A stretch of DNA of 36,760 bases from Patescibacteria group bacterium. GTDB lineage: Bacteria; Patescibacteriota; Minisyncoccia; Phycocordibacterales; CSBR16-193. Of this stretch, positions 1 to 8,380 are shown piece by piece (position 1 is the stretch's first letter; each line of letters opens with the position of its first letter). Below the pieces are notes generated by a model. The model was not told the origin of the DNA. It did no database searches and saw only the letters and a list, made by a program, of their open reading frames with translations. The stretch is from contig JBNJGN010000001.1 of assembly GCA_051747785.1 (NCBI GenBank), forward strand, positions 1 to 36,760, written 5' to 3'. Both the position numbers and the translations under genes were made by a program.

Positions 1-915
1 AAGAGTTGAGGTTCCTCCTTCTTGTATAGTTGCGGGGTCGGCGTAGAATTCGGTGATGATAGGATCGGGGTCAGGTGTTGGACAGTCTTTTACCGTAACA
101 GTTACAGAATCTGTTTTTTCATTTCCTTCGTCATCTTCACAGCTAACACTGAAAACCGTTTCTTCAGAGACATTCTCTGTGGTAGTGCCGGAAGTTTCTC
201 CGCCTGTGTCAAAATTATCCCCTTCACAACTTTCAGCTCCGTTGGAAACCCAAGCGATGGTTGTCTCATCCCCGCTCTCGTTCACCTCCACAGGATCAGC
301 GGTGATAGAAACACAAAGTCCTCCACAGTCAGCACCAAAGTCATCGCTAAAATACTCATCTACTATTCTGTCCCTAAAATCATCAAACCATCCTCCGGAG
401 GAATTTGTTGAATCTATTTCATTTTCATCTATATCCGAAGTTGTAGTAGAAGCGGCCACCTCTTCCAGGTCATCTAAGAGAGTGTCATCCCCTTGTTCAT
501 CAGAATCACCATCAGTGTTTATATCTTCTTTTCCCTCATCCAAAGATTCATCCATTGACGTTGTTCCAGCTTCATTATCCAGATCATCCAATAAAGAAAC
601 TTCTCCTTCATTTCCATGGTCGTTAACAGAAACGTCATTCTCTCCTTGGTCACTAGGCTCTGATTCTGTAGCTGTCTCTTCAGAAACAGAAGAAAGAGAA
701 GAGAGTACGCCATCATTATCCTCTACCTCGGCCTGTGCAGGAATAACAGCAGATCCCGTGAAAGCCAATGAAGTCCACCATAGAGAGAGTATAAAAAAGG
801 CAAAGATGAACCCTGTCCCCTTAAAATTAAAAAAAGAAGTACAGTTTCCGCACTTTACCCTTTTTCTCACCTTAAAAGCTTGAACTTCAGGATTGTTATT
901 ATAGTAATTTTTCAT
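1..915 (-). CDS. Secreted or membrane-anchored acidic low-complexity protein with Cys-containing C-terminal modules (3' end runs off the window)
   Basis: Missing from the ORF track because it has no stop in the window. ATG at 915-913, and the frame stays open for 305 codons to position 1. N-terminus MKNYYNNNPEVQAFKVRKRVKCGNCTSFFNFKGTGFIFAFFILSLWWTSLAFTGSAVIPAQA has a hydrophobic signal/anchor. A D/E/S-rich spacer follows, then CGGLCVSITADPVEVNESGDETTIAWVSNGAESCEGDNFDTGGETSG... The listed + ORFs 22-411 and 53-883 are its Ser-rich antisense shadow. Confidence 0.6.
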   Translation of the reverse strand, partial: MKNYYNNNPEVQAFKVRKRVKCGNCTSFFNFKGTGFIFAFFILSLWWTSLAFTGSAVIPAQAEVEDNDGVLSSLSSVSEETATESEPSDQGENDVSVNDHGNEGEVSLLDDLDNEAGTTSMDESLDEGKEDINTDGDSDEQGDDTLLDDLEEVAASTTTSDIDENEIDSTNSSGGWFDDFRDRIVDEYFSDDFGADCGGLCVSITADPVEVNESGDETTIAWVSNGAESCEGDNFDTGGETSGTTTENVSEETVFSVSCEDDEGNEKTDSVTVTVKDCPTPDPDPIITEFYADPATIQEGGTSTL

Positions 916-1133
916 AATTTTTTATCTCTTATAATATTAAAATAAACTCACCCAGCTATCTAAAGGTAAGCAAATGAACGATGTGGTGAGGAAAATTAAA
1001 ACAAACACCACAGATTAGACGTCCCTATTCGTCGGGAAACCTCTCTTTACTTCTGAAAAAAATATTACATACATATTTTTAAAAAGTCAATAGCCAAATA
1101 GAGAAAAAATCCTTATTTCTAGCAAAATTTTAA

Positions 1134-1261
1134 ATGTCTTTTATGTATTAAAGACAGATGTTTATATGTCTTTTAGAATATATTTTAAAATGGTGCCTTT
1201 TATTTTTTTGTGATGTAAAAGACATTTCTATGTCTTTTACATTGTCTTTTATAAAAGACAT
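1134..1261. repeat. Array of 7 copies (both orientations) of the motif ATGTCTTTTA / TAAAAGACAT, including two perfect palindromes
   Basis: Copies read directly: 1134-1143 fwd, 1149-1156 rev (imperfect, TAAAGACA), 1166-1175 fwd, 1216-1225 rev, 1230-1239 fwd, 1243-1251 fwd, 1252-1261 rev. 1214-1241 is TGTAAAAGACAT-TTCT-ATGTCTTTTACA (12-bp arms). 1243-1260 is the self-complementary TGTCTTTTATAAAAGACA. The array lies in the 486-bp divergent intergenic region between the 1-915 (-) gene and valS (+). Confidence 0.9.
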
Positions 1262-1401
1262 AGAAATACCTGCAAAATAAGATCGCCATCTTTTTTTAAA
1301 CAGAAACCCTTATCATTTTGATAATTAAAAAAGAAGAAAGATATCCCTTAAAAAAGCGATATATGTTATTATGCTATTAAAATAAAAGGTAAAACTAAAT
1401 T

Positions 1402-3675
1402 ATGGCCTCAACAGAAGATGGTAAAAAAATAGATCCGGCTTTTTTGAGCCCTTACACCCCTTCAGAAAATGAAGAGGTTATTTATAACAAATGGGAAGAA
1501 GAAGGAATGTTCAACCCTGAAGAATGTGAAAAGAAAGGTGTAGCCAAAAGTGACAGACCGCCCTTTAGTATTATTATGCCTCCTCCTAATGTAACCGGAG
1601 CGTTACACATGGGAAGCGCTCTAATGCTAGCTGTAGAGGATATGATGGTAAGGTTCCAGAGAATGAAAGGGCGAAAAACCCTATGGATACCGGGAACCGA
1701 CCATGCATCTATAGCCACAGAGTCAAAAGTAGAAAAAAGTCTGCAAAAAAGAAAAATAAAACGTTCCGAGCTTACCAGAGAAGAGTTTTTAGAGGAAATT
1801 GACGAGTTCGTACAAGAAAGCAAAAGAAACATACGTGACCAAATTAAAAAAATGGGGGCCTCCGTTGACTGGAGCAGAGAAGCTTTTACTTTAGACAGAC
1901 AGAGAGAAAAAGCCGTGAAAACCGCCTTTTCCCAGCTTTACAAACAAGGACTTATAAAAAGAGGGGAACAGATCGTAAACTGGGACCCTAAAGGCCAAAC
2001 AGCGATATCTGATGACGAGGTTGAATATCAAGAAGGCAAAGCTCTACTGTATACTTTTAAATATAGTAGTGACTTCCCTATATCTATAGCCACCACCAGA
2101 CCAGAAACAAAAGTAGGAGATACTGCCGTAGCTGTTAACCCCGAAGACAAGCGTTACCAGAAATACATAGGCAAAGAATACAAAGTTAATTTTGCCGGAT
2201 GCCCCCTAAACATTAAGATCGTGGGTGATAAAGAGGTTGACCCTGAGTTCGGCACAGGAGCACTTGGTGTTACCCCTGCTCACAGTAAAACTGACTGGGA
2301 TATAGCTCAGAAAAATCACCTCCCTTGGTTTAAGATAATTAATGAATACGCACGAATGGAAGTTGAGAACCCTGACATAAACGGTCTTAAAACCACCGAT
2401 GCCAGGGAGTATATAGTCAGATGGCTAAAAGAAGAAGAACTTTTAGAAAGAGAAGAAGAGATAGAACAGAACATATCTGTTTCTTACAGAAGTGGCGGAG
2501 TTATAGAACCGATACCTAAATTACAGTGGTTCATTGATGTTAATAAAAAATTTAACCTGCCCCACTCTTCCATACCAGGTATTAAAGCAGGTCAAAAAGT
2601 ATCTCTTAAGGAGCTTATGCTTCATGTTGTCAAAGAAGGTCATATAAAGATCATTCCTGAGCGTTTCAACAAAATATACTATCACTGGGTAGAAAATCTT
2701 CATGATTGGTGCATATCAAGGCAAATATGTTATGGACACCGAATACCCGTCTGGTACAAAGAAAACAAAGATTCAGAAACAGAGATCCATGTCGGAGAAG
2801 AAACACCTAAAGGAGAAGGATGGGAACAGGACCCGGACACTCTTGATACTTGGTTCTCTTCAGGTCTATGGACCTTTTCTACCTTAGGCTGGCCTGATAA
2901 CGTGGAAACGTCGGATAACGGACCGGAAATTAAGAAAAGAGGTGATTTAGAAGAGTATCACCCTACAAGCATTTTAGAGACCGGAGAGGATATAATCTTC
3001 TTTTGGGTTGCACGTATGATATTAATGAGTACCTCTCTTTTAGGAGAAGTGCCTTTCAAAACGGTATATTTACACGGAATGGTTCGTGACGAGAAAGGCC
3101 AGAAACTAAGCAAATCACTTGGAAACAACCTTGACCCCAGAGAAGCATCTAAACAGTACGGATCGGACGCAGTAAGAATGTCTCTGGTCATAGGAACAAG
3201 ACCAGGAAACGACTCTAAAATATCACCTCAAAAACTCAAAGCCTACAAGCATTTTGCCAACAAGATATGGAACGCAAGTAGATTCGTTTTTGAAAATACA
3301 TCAGACGAAAACGAATCAGAACCCGAAAGCATGCCCGAAAAATACCAAGAATACCATAAAGAATTTGAAGATCTAAAAAAAGAAATAACAAAAGACATGG
3401 AGAATTACCGCTTATATCTGGCCGGAGAAAAACTCTATCATTATTTCTGGCACAGATTTGCCGATGTTATAATAGAAGATGCTAAAAAAGATATTAGCGA
3501 AAGCGATGATGTTACAAAAGAATCAGCCAGATATACGCTTTTTAGATTATTAAGAACAAGCTTAGTTATGCTTCACCCCTTTATGCCTTTTATAACGGAA
3601 ACCGTTTGGCAAAAAAGTCCTTATCTATCAGACAGACCCTTAATGGCAGAGGAGTGGCCGAACGTTGATAATTAA
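1402..3675 (+). CDS. valS: Valyl-tRNA synthetase (short form, 757 aa)
   Basis: Class I aaRS signatures PPPNVTGALHMGSA (HIGH region) and KLSKSLGN (KMSKS). ValRS-typical WIPGTDHASIATE and the editing-domain block TTRPETKVGDTAVAVNPEDKRY are present. AAGG-type RBS about 12 nt upstream of the ATG. Confidence 0.9.
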   Translation: MASTEDGKKIDPAFLSPYTPSENEEVIYNKWEEEGMFNPEECEKKGVAKSDRPPFSIIMPPPNVTGALHMGSALMLAVEDMMVRFQRMKGRKTLWIPGTDHASIATESKVEKSLQKRKIKRSELTREEFLEEIDEFVQESKRNIRDQIKKMGASVDWSREAFTLDRQREKAVKTAFSQLYKQGLIKRGEQIVNWDPKGQTAISDDEVEYQEGKALLYTFKYSSDFPISIATTRPETKVGDTAVAVNPEDKRYQKYIGKEYKVNFAGCPLNIKIVGDKEVDPEFGTGALGVTPAHSKTDWDIAQKNHLPWFKIINEYARMEVENPDINGLKTTDAREYIVRWLKEEELLEREEEIEQNISVSYRSGGVIEPIPKLQWFIDVNKKFNLPHSSIPGIKAGQKVSLKELMLHVVKEGHIKIIPERFNKIYYHWVENLHDWCISRQICYGHRIPVWYKENKDSETEIHVGEETPKGEGWEQDPDTLDTWFSSGLWTFSTLGWPDNVETSDNGPEIKKRGDLEEYHPTSILETGEDIIFFWVARMILMSTSLLGEVPFKTVYLHGMVRDEKGQKLSKSLGNNLDPREASKQYGSDAVRMSLVIGTRPGNDSKISPQKLKAYKHFANKIWNASRFVFENTSDENESEPESMPEKYQEYHKEFEDLKKEITKDMENYRLYLAGEKLYHYFWHRFADVIIEDAKKDISESDDVTKESARYTLFRLLRTSLVMLHPFMPFITETVWQKSPYLSDRPLMAEEWPNVDN

Positions 3676-3683
3676 TATAAATA

Positions 3684-4367
3684 ATGACCCATATTGACGT
3701 TCTGACACTAGCCGCACTAGGAGGAGTGATACCCGCTCTCGTATGGCTATGGTTCTGGCTTCGTGAGGACAGGCATCCCGAACCGTGGCAATACATAACC
3801 CTGGTTTTCATAATGGGAATAGTAGCAGTTCCCGTAGTTATACCCTTCCAAAAATCCATTAACTCCTGTGTTTACCTGGCACCTCTATTAACATACTTCT
3901 CTTGGGCTGCCTTGGAAGAGCTCTTCAAATATGCAGCCGCCTATTTCGCCGCACTTAGAAACAAAGTAAACGATGAACCGATAGATCCTGTTATATATAT
4001 GATAGTCGCAGCTTTAGGCTTTGCCGCCATTGAAAATACTCTTTTTTTAACAGAACCTATTTCAAAAGAACTAATCGTTGATAGCGTAGTTATAGCTAAC
4101 TTAAGGTTCGTAGGGGCCACTCTTTTACATGTAGTATGTTCCGCCACCGTAGGATTATTCTTAGCCTTTTCGTTTTACAAGAGCAGAAAGAAAAAAATTC
4201 TTTACTTAATAATAGGATTATTAACCGCCACAGTAATTCACGCTCTTTTCAATCTCATAGTCACATCCGACAGCCAACTTGGCGGCCCTATAACGGCCCT
4301 CCTCTATACATGGACAGGTGCCATGTTCTTAATATTCGCTTTTGAAAAGGTGAAAAAGATACGTTGA
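3684..4367 (+). CDS. PrsW-family intramembrane protease-like protein
   Basis: Polytopic membrane protein carrying AALEELFKY (EExxK) and IHALFNL (HxxxN) in transmembrane segments, as in PrsW/CPBP-like proteases. Starts 8 nt after the valS stop. Confidence 0.65.
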   Translation: MTHIDVLTLAALGGVIPALVWLWFWLREDRHPEPWQYITLVFIMGIVAVPVVIPFQKSINSCVYLAPLLTYFSWAALEELFKYAAAYFAALRNKVNDEPIDPVIYMIVAALGFAAIENTLFLTEPISKELIVDSVVIANLRFVGATLLHVVCSATVGLFLAFSFYKSRKKKILYLIIGLLTATVIHALFNLIVTSDSQLGGPITALLYTWTGAMFLIFAFEKVKKIR

Positions 4368-4378
4368 GATTTCCACAG

Positions 4379-4413
4379 ATGTCTTTTAATTTATGTGTTT
4401 TCTCTGTTACAAT
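4379..4413 (+). promoter_or_regulatory. Putative hsp20 promoter: extended -10 (TGT TACAAT, hexamer 4408-4413) with one exact ATGTCTTTTA motif (4379-4388) at about -35/-45
   Basis: Sequence ACAGATGTCTTTTAATTTATGTGTTTTCTCTGTTACAAT read directly. The ATG of hsp20 is 21 nt downstream of the -10 hexamer. The motif is identical to the unit of the 1134-1261 array. Confidence 0.35.
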
Positions 4414-4434
4414 TAATTAGTAAATATAAAAACT

Positions 4435-4917
4435 ATGCCAAAAGACACAAGATCATTTTTTGAACGCCTCACAGGTTCAGATAATATTGAAGAGGACGAA
4501 GAAATAGACGAGGAGGATTATGAAGAAGAGGAAGAGGAGGAGGAATACGACAACGAAGGAGAAGAAGACGAACACGACTCTGAAGAAGAAGGAGAGCTAG
4601 CTGTTGATATGTATGAAAACCACAGTGATATTTTCATTAAAACTGTTGTATCTGGTGTAAGACCGGAAGAGCTTGACATCTCTATTACTCGCGAAAAGGT
4701 GGTTATTAGAGGAAACAGAACACCGGAAAGAGGTTTTGAGGGCTCTAATTACCATATCCAAGAACTATACTGGGGTGCCTTTTCTAGATCAATAGATCTA
4801 CCTCAAGAGGTTGAAGTTGATGAAGCAGAAGCGGTCGCCAAACACGGCCTTTTAGTTTTAAAGCTCCCTAAAATAAACAAAGAAAGAGAAACCAAACTTA
4901 AGGTTAAAACAGGTTAA
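4435..4917 (+). CDS. Small heat shock protein (Hsp20/alpha-crystallin family) with an acidic N-terminal extension
   Basis: Alpha-crystallin domain DMYENHSDIFIKTVVSGVRPEELDISITREKVVIRGNR ... FSRSIDLPQEVEVDEAEAVAKHGLLVLKLPK. It is preceded by about 40 residues that are almost purely D/E (EEDEEIDEEDYEEEEEEEEYDNEGEEDEHDSEEEGE). Confidence 0.85.
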   Translation: MPKDTRSFFERLTGSDNIEEDEEIDEEDYEEEEEEEEYDNEGEEDEHDSEEEGELAVDMYENHSDIFIKTVVSGVRPEELDISITREKVVIRGNRTPERGFEGSNYHIQELYWGAFSRSIDLPQEVEVDEAEAVAKHGLLVLKLPKINKERETKLKVKTG

Positions 4918-4937
4918 GTAAAAAACGATAAAAAAAC

Positions 4938-4975
4938 AAAAACGACCTTTTAACGAAGGTCGTTTTTGTTTTGTT
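4938..4975 (+). terminator. Rho-independent terminator of hsp20
   Basis: Perfect 12-bp stem AAAAACGACCTT / AAGGTCGTTTTT (4938-4949, 4956-4967) with a 6-nt loop, followed by a T-rich run. Confidence 0.8.
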
Positions 4976-5002
4976 CTTATAGATAAACAACGTATCCTCT
5001 TG

Positions 5003-5075
5003 TGCTGAGGGGCGGGTTCGAACCGCCGACCCTTCGCTCTTCAGGCGAATGCTCTACCAACTGAGCTACCTCAGC
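5003..5075 (-). tRNA. tRNA-Phe (GAA)
   Basis: Reverse complement GCTGAGG-TA-GCTC-AGTTGGTA-GAGC-A-TTCGC-CTGAAGA-GCGAA-GGGTC-GGCGG-TTCGAAC-CCGCC-CCTCAGC-A folds as a canonical cloverleaf. Anticodon GAA. CCA is not encoded. Confidence 0.9.
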
Positions 5076-5097
5076 AATTATGCCTTATGCTGAATAA

Positions 5098-5394
5098 TCA
5101 GCGCGGTAACCGCTCAAAAGCTTCCCGCGCCTCCTTAGAGGCTTCTTGTGCAGTTGTATACAGATCCTCTAATCTATCCAGGTATGGTTCAATGTAAATG
5201 TACGCAATAACTGCCAAAACCACTATAACTGCCCAGTAAAAAAAAGTAAACATTAAACTCCTCCTTTGCGCAGAGTAAAGTTTTCTAAGCATCTCATTGT
5301 TCTCCCGAGCCAGTTCATGTATCTCTTCTATCCGCTCATCATCATCCTCCCTGCTCATGTGGCCATTATAACAAAATTCTGTCTGGCAAAGCAA
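5098..5394 (-). CDS. Hypothetical small membrane protein (coiled-coil N-terminus, one TM)
   Basis: ORF only. It has an acidic/helical N-terminal part and the TM segment LMFTFFYWAVIVVLAVIAYIYI. The more plausible start is the second Met (MSREDDD..., 5358). No family recognised. Confidence 0.45.
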   Translation of the reverse strand: MLCQTEFCYNGHMSREDDDERIEEIHELARENNEMLRKLYSAQRRSLMFTFFYWAVIVVLAVIAYIYIEPYLDRLEDLYTTAQEASKEAREAFERLPR

Positions 5395-5408
5395 ACTTTA
5401 CAGTTCTG

Positions 5409-5480
5409 TCCTCTCGGCAGGAATCGAACCTGCATCTAGCCCTTAGGAGGGGCTCGTTCTATCCATTGAACTACGAGAGG
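5409..5480 (-). tRNA. tRNA-Arg (CCU)
   Basis: Reverse complement CCTCTCG-TA-GTTC-AATGGATA-GAAC-G-AGCCC-CTCCTAA-GGGCT-AGAT-GCAGG-TTCGATT-CCTGC-CGAGAGG-A. Anticodon CCT. CCA is not encoded. Confidence 0.85.
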
Positions 5481-5549
5481 TTTTAATACGAGAGCACAAT
5501 AACACACAAAACGTGTGATCTTCATTAAGATATAAAAAATTGATAGAAT

Positions 5550-5786
5550 TTAAGAATTCTCTAATAACTCTTCAACTTTCTCCCTATCAAAACCGATAAC
5601 CATATTCTCGCCTACGAATATCACCGGCACGCCCATCTGACCACTCTTCTCTACCATTTCTTGCCTTTTTTCAGTTTCCTCAGAGACATCGTGATCAGTA
5701 AACTCCACTCCTTTCTCTTTGAAAAATTCCTTGGCCATTTCGCAATAAACGCAAGTAGGTGTTGAATAAATAGTAACTTCTTTCAT
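5550..5786 (-). CDS. Glutaredoxin-like protein (NrdH/YruB type)
   Basis: MKEVTIYSTPTCVYCEMAKEFFKEKGVEF ... GVPVIFVGENMVIGFD: thioredoxin fold with a CxxC active site. The start was moved to the Met at 5786, because the track start at 5825 adds an implausible MLYFFCYHLGKII. Confidence 0.75.
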   Translation of the reverse strand: MKEVTIYSTPTCVYCEMAKEFFKEKGVEFTDHDVSEETEKRQEMVEKSGQMGVPVIFVGENMVIGFDREKVEELLENS

Positions 5787-5870
5787 AATAATTTTACCTA
5801 AATGGTAACAAAAAAAGTATAACACTAGACCATAAAATACTCAATCACTGTTTTAAAAGATCAATATTAA

Positions 5871-6257
5871 TTAAAAAAGACCTTTTATCCAGTCAGAAAA
5901 ACGCCCCCAGTTCCCTTTTTCTACTTTCTCTTCATTGTTTTTATCTTTTTCTTCATCTTCAACAATAACCGCCATTACCTCGCCTTCCTTGCCGGTCCTA
6001 AAACGTCTCCTTATCTCAGCCTCTCTCCCAAAGTCACTTTCAAGATAATCCAGCTCTCTTTCCAGTTCATGCTTTTCCTCTTTTAGCTCTTCCATTTTAG
6101 ACACAGAACCGGAAAGCAAAGCCTTACTTTCCGAGTAATTATTATACATATTCCAAACCGGAAACAGCATCAACCCCACAAGGATCAACAGTGCCACCAA
6201 AGTAACTCTTGAGTATACCCACTCTTTGATCTTTCTTTTGGTAATAATGAAGGACAT
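5871..6257 (-). CDS. FtsB/DivIC-like septum formation initiator (probable)
   Basis: Basic N-terminus, a single TM (VTLVALLILVGLMLFPVW), then a coiled coil (MEELKEEKHELERELDYLESD...EIRRRF). This is the typical architecture. The assignment rests on architecture, not on strong motifs. Confidence 0.5.
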   Translation of the reverse strand: MSFIITKRKIKEWVYSRVTLVALLILVGLMLFPVWNMYNNYSESKALLSGSVSKMEELKEEKHELERELDYLESDFGREAEIRRRFRTGKEGEVMAVIVEDEEKDKNNEEKVEKGNWGRFSDWIKGLF

Positions 6258-6502
6258 ATGTCAGATATTGAAAATTTTGCCTTTTACCTTTATACTAAAT
6301 AATACTATAAAATATACAAAATATGCTATTTCATCACAAAAGCCAAAAGATCATACGCTGGATAATGATAGTTGTAGGTATAGTCGTGGCAATCAGTATG
6401 GTCTTTCTCTACACTCCTATCTAGAACTCTCTTTAAACAGTTATTTATACTCTGTTTACAAGTGATCAAATTTTCTTCTAGGCACTAAACACAAACCTGA
6501 AT

Positions 6503-8290
6503 TTATTCTTCTTGCTGTGTCATCTTTATGAAAACCTCATAAGGAACGTTAACCTTTCCTTTGTCTTTCATTTTCTTTTTGCCTTCTTTCTGTTTCTCTC
6601 TTAACTTCATCTTCCTGGTTATGTCTCCTCCATATAATTTAGCGGTAACATCCTTACGTAAAGCGGGAAGAGTTTTAGATGAGATTATTCTTCCAAAAGC
6701 TCTAGCCTGTATTTTAGCAGCAAACATCTGTCTGGGCATTACGGAATAAAGCTTCTCTACTGTTTTTTTAGACTCACTCTCAACCTGCCTGCGAGAGATC
6801 ACTCTAGAAAAAACAGGCATCACCTCATCAGCTATGATAACATCCATACGTACAACATCCGCTTCCCTCATACCCTTAGTTTCGTAAGACATAGAAGCAA
6901 ACCCTGAAGATACACTTTTTACCTTATCAAAAAAGTTCCTCATGAGCTCACGTAAAGGCATATCAGCAGAAATTGAGGTCCTCTGATCACCAATAGTCTC
7001 AGAAGCGCCCACTATAGCCTCATGTTCGTATAGGACTGACAGTACAGTACCTATATAATCAGCCGGAGTTATTATCCGAAGCTCTACCCATGGCTCATAG
7101 ACAACCAGATCTTTCCTGTCATCAGGAAACATATGAGAAGAGTAAATTTTCTCTTTCTCTCCGGAACCGTAAACTATCTCGTACTCCACAGAAGGCATTG
7201 TCACTACCAGTTCCAGATCAAATTCTCTCTTTATTCGCTCAGTAATAATCTCCAAATGAAGCATTCCTAGAAAACCACAACGGAAACCCTTACCCAGAGC
7301 TTGAGAAGACTCTTCGTCAAAAGATAAAGAAGAATCAGATAGCTTTAGACGCTCCAGTGCCTGTCTTAGTGCAACAAACTCATCTTGTCCTTCAGGATAG
7401 ATAGAAGCCCAAACAATTGGTTGAGGAGTTCTATAACCCGACAGAGGTTCATTCAAACGCTTCTCCGATGAAAGCGTATCTCCCACAGAGGCTATATTTG
7501 GCTCTTTAAGACCCGTTACAATGTAACCTATTTCACCGGGTCCAAGAGACTCTACTGGCACATTCTGAGGAGAAAAAACCCCAACTTCCGCGGCCTTAAA
7601 AGAAGTTCCGCCGGCATGTAAAAAAAGTTCATCTCCTTTCTTAACTTGCCCATCAAATACCCTAATATAAACCACAACTCCTCGGTGATTGGAGTACTCA
7701 AAATCAAAGACCAAAGAACGAAAACCGGAATGGTCTCCCGGGCTCGGGGCCGGGATATCTCTAACAATTCTACCTAGAAGATCTTCCACCCCTTCTCCGG
7801 TTTTGCCGGAGGCAAGGCTTATCTCCTCTTTAGAGCAACCTATTAGATCCATAACCTCTTTAGAAACCTCCTCAATACGAGCCTGCTGAGAATCAACTTT
7901 AGTCAAAACCGGCAGTATTTCAAGATCCGCATCAAGAGCATCCCAGAGCGTGGTCAATGTCTGCGCCTGTATCCCCTGAGTAGCGTCAACCAACAGCAAA
8001 GAACCTTCCACCGCCTTTAGAGCCCTGGAAACCTCATAAGAAAAATCAATATGACCCGGTGTATCTATTAGATTAAGTACATATTCCGGACTGTGACCAT
8101 ACATCATCCTGGCTGGTTGCATCTTTATGGTTATACCCCTCTCACGCTCTAAGTCCATACTATCCAAAACCTGATCCTTCATCTTTCTACCCTCAACGGT
8201 ATGCGTAAGTTCCAACATGCGATCAGCCAAGGTTGATTTACCGTGATCAACGTGACTTATTATAGAAAAATTACGTATACTGTCGGTCAT
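6503..8290 (-). CDS. lepA: Translation elongation factor 4 (LepA)
   Basis: NFSIISHVDHGKSTLADR (G1), DTPGHIDF (G3), full EF-G-like domain order and a LepA-type C-terminal domain. 595 aa. Confidence 0.93.
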   Translation of the reverse strand: MTDSIRNFSIISHVDHGKSTLADRMLELTHTVEGRKMKDQVLDSMDLERERGITIKMQPARMMYGHSPEYVLNLIDTPGHIDFSYEVSRALKAVEGSLLLVDATQGIQAQTLTTLWDALDADLEILPVLTKVDSQQARIEEVSKEVMDLIGCSKEEISLASGKTGEGVEDLLGRIVRDIPAPSPGDHSGFRSLVFDFEYSNHRGVVVYIRVFDGQVKKGDELFLHAGGTSFKAAEVGVFSPQNVPVESLGPGEIGYIVTGLKEPNIASVGDTLSSEKRLNEPLSGYRTPQPIVWASIYPEGQDEFVALRQALERLKLSDSSLSFDEESSQALGKGFRCGFLGMLHLEIITERIKREFDLELVVTMPSVEYEIVYGSGEKEKIYSSHMFPDDRKDLVVYEPWVELRIITPADYIGTVLSVLYEHEAIVGASETIGDQRTSISADMPLRELMRNFFDKVKSVSSGFASMSYETKGMREADVVRMDVIIADEVMPVFSRVISRRQVESESKKTVEKLYSVMPRQMFAAKIQARAFGRIISSKTLPALRKDVTAKLYGGDITRKMKLREKQKEGKKKMKDKGKVNVPYEVFIKMTQQEE

Positions 8291-8380
8291 ATTCCTTTAT
8301 TTTTTATAAAATCTGAATCACAGAATTAATGCCACCTTAACACTTAAAAGGCATAAAGGAAACACCGTATTCCATCAAGA

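Noticed and set aside
53-883. 276-aa Ser/Thr/Pro-rich + strand ORF (and 22-411 +)
   Set aside because: It is the antisense shadow of the D/E-rich minus-strand gene 1-915: GAA/GAT codons read as TTC/ATC and the like. It has no start context or domain. The minus-strand frame has a signal anchor and a sensible architecture.
1134-1261. Motif array considered as a CRISPR array or as DnaA-box oriC
   Set aside because: The repeats are only 9-10 nt, in both orientations, with irregular 0-40-nt spacing and no cas genes, so this is not CRISPR. The match to TTATCCACA is about 5 of 9 positions and no dnaA or dnaN is adjacent. The origin idea is kept only as a minor alternative in the finding.
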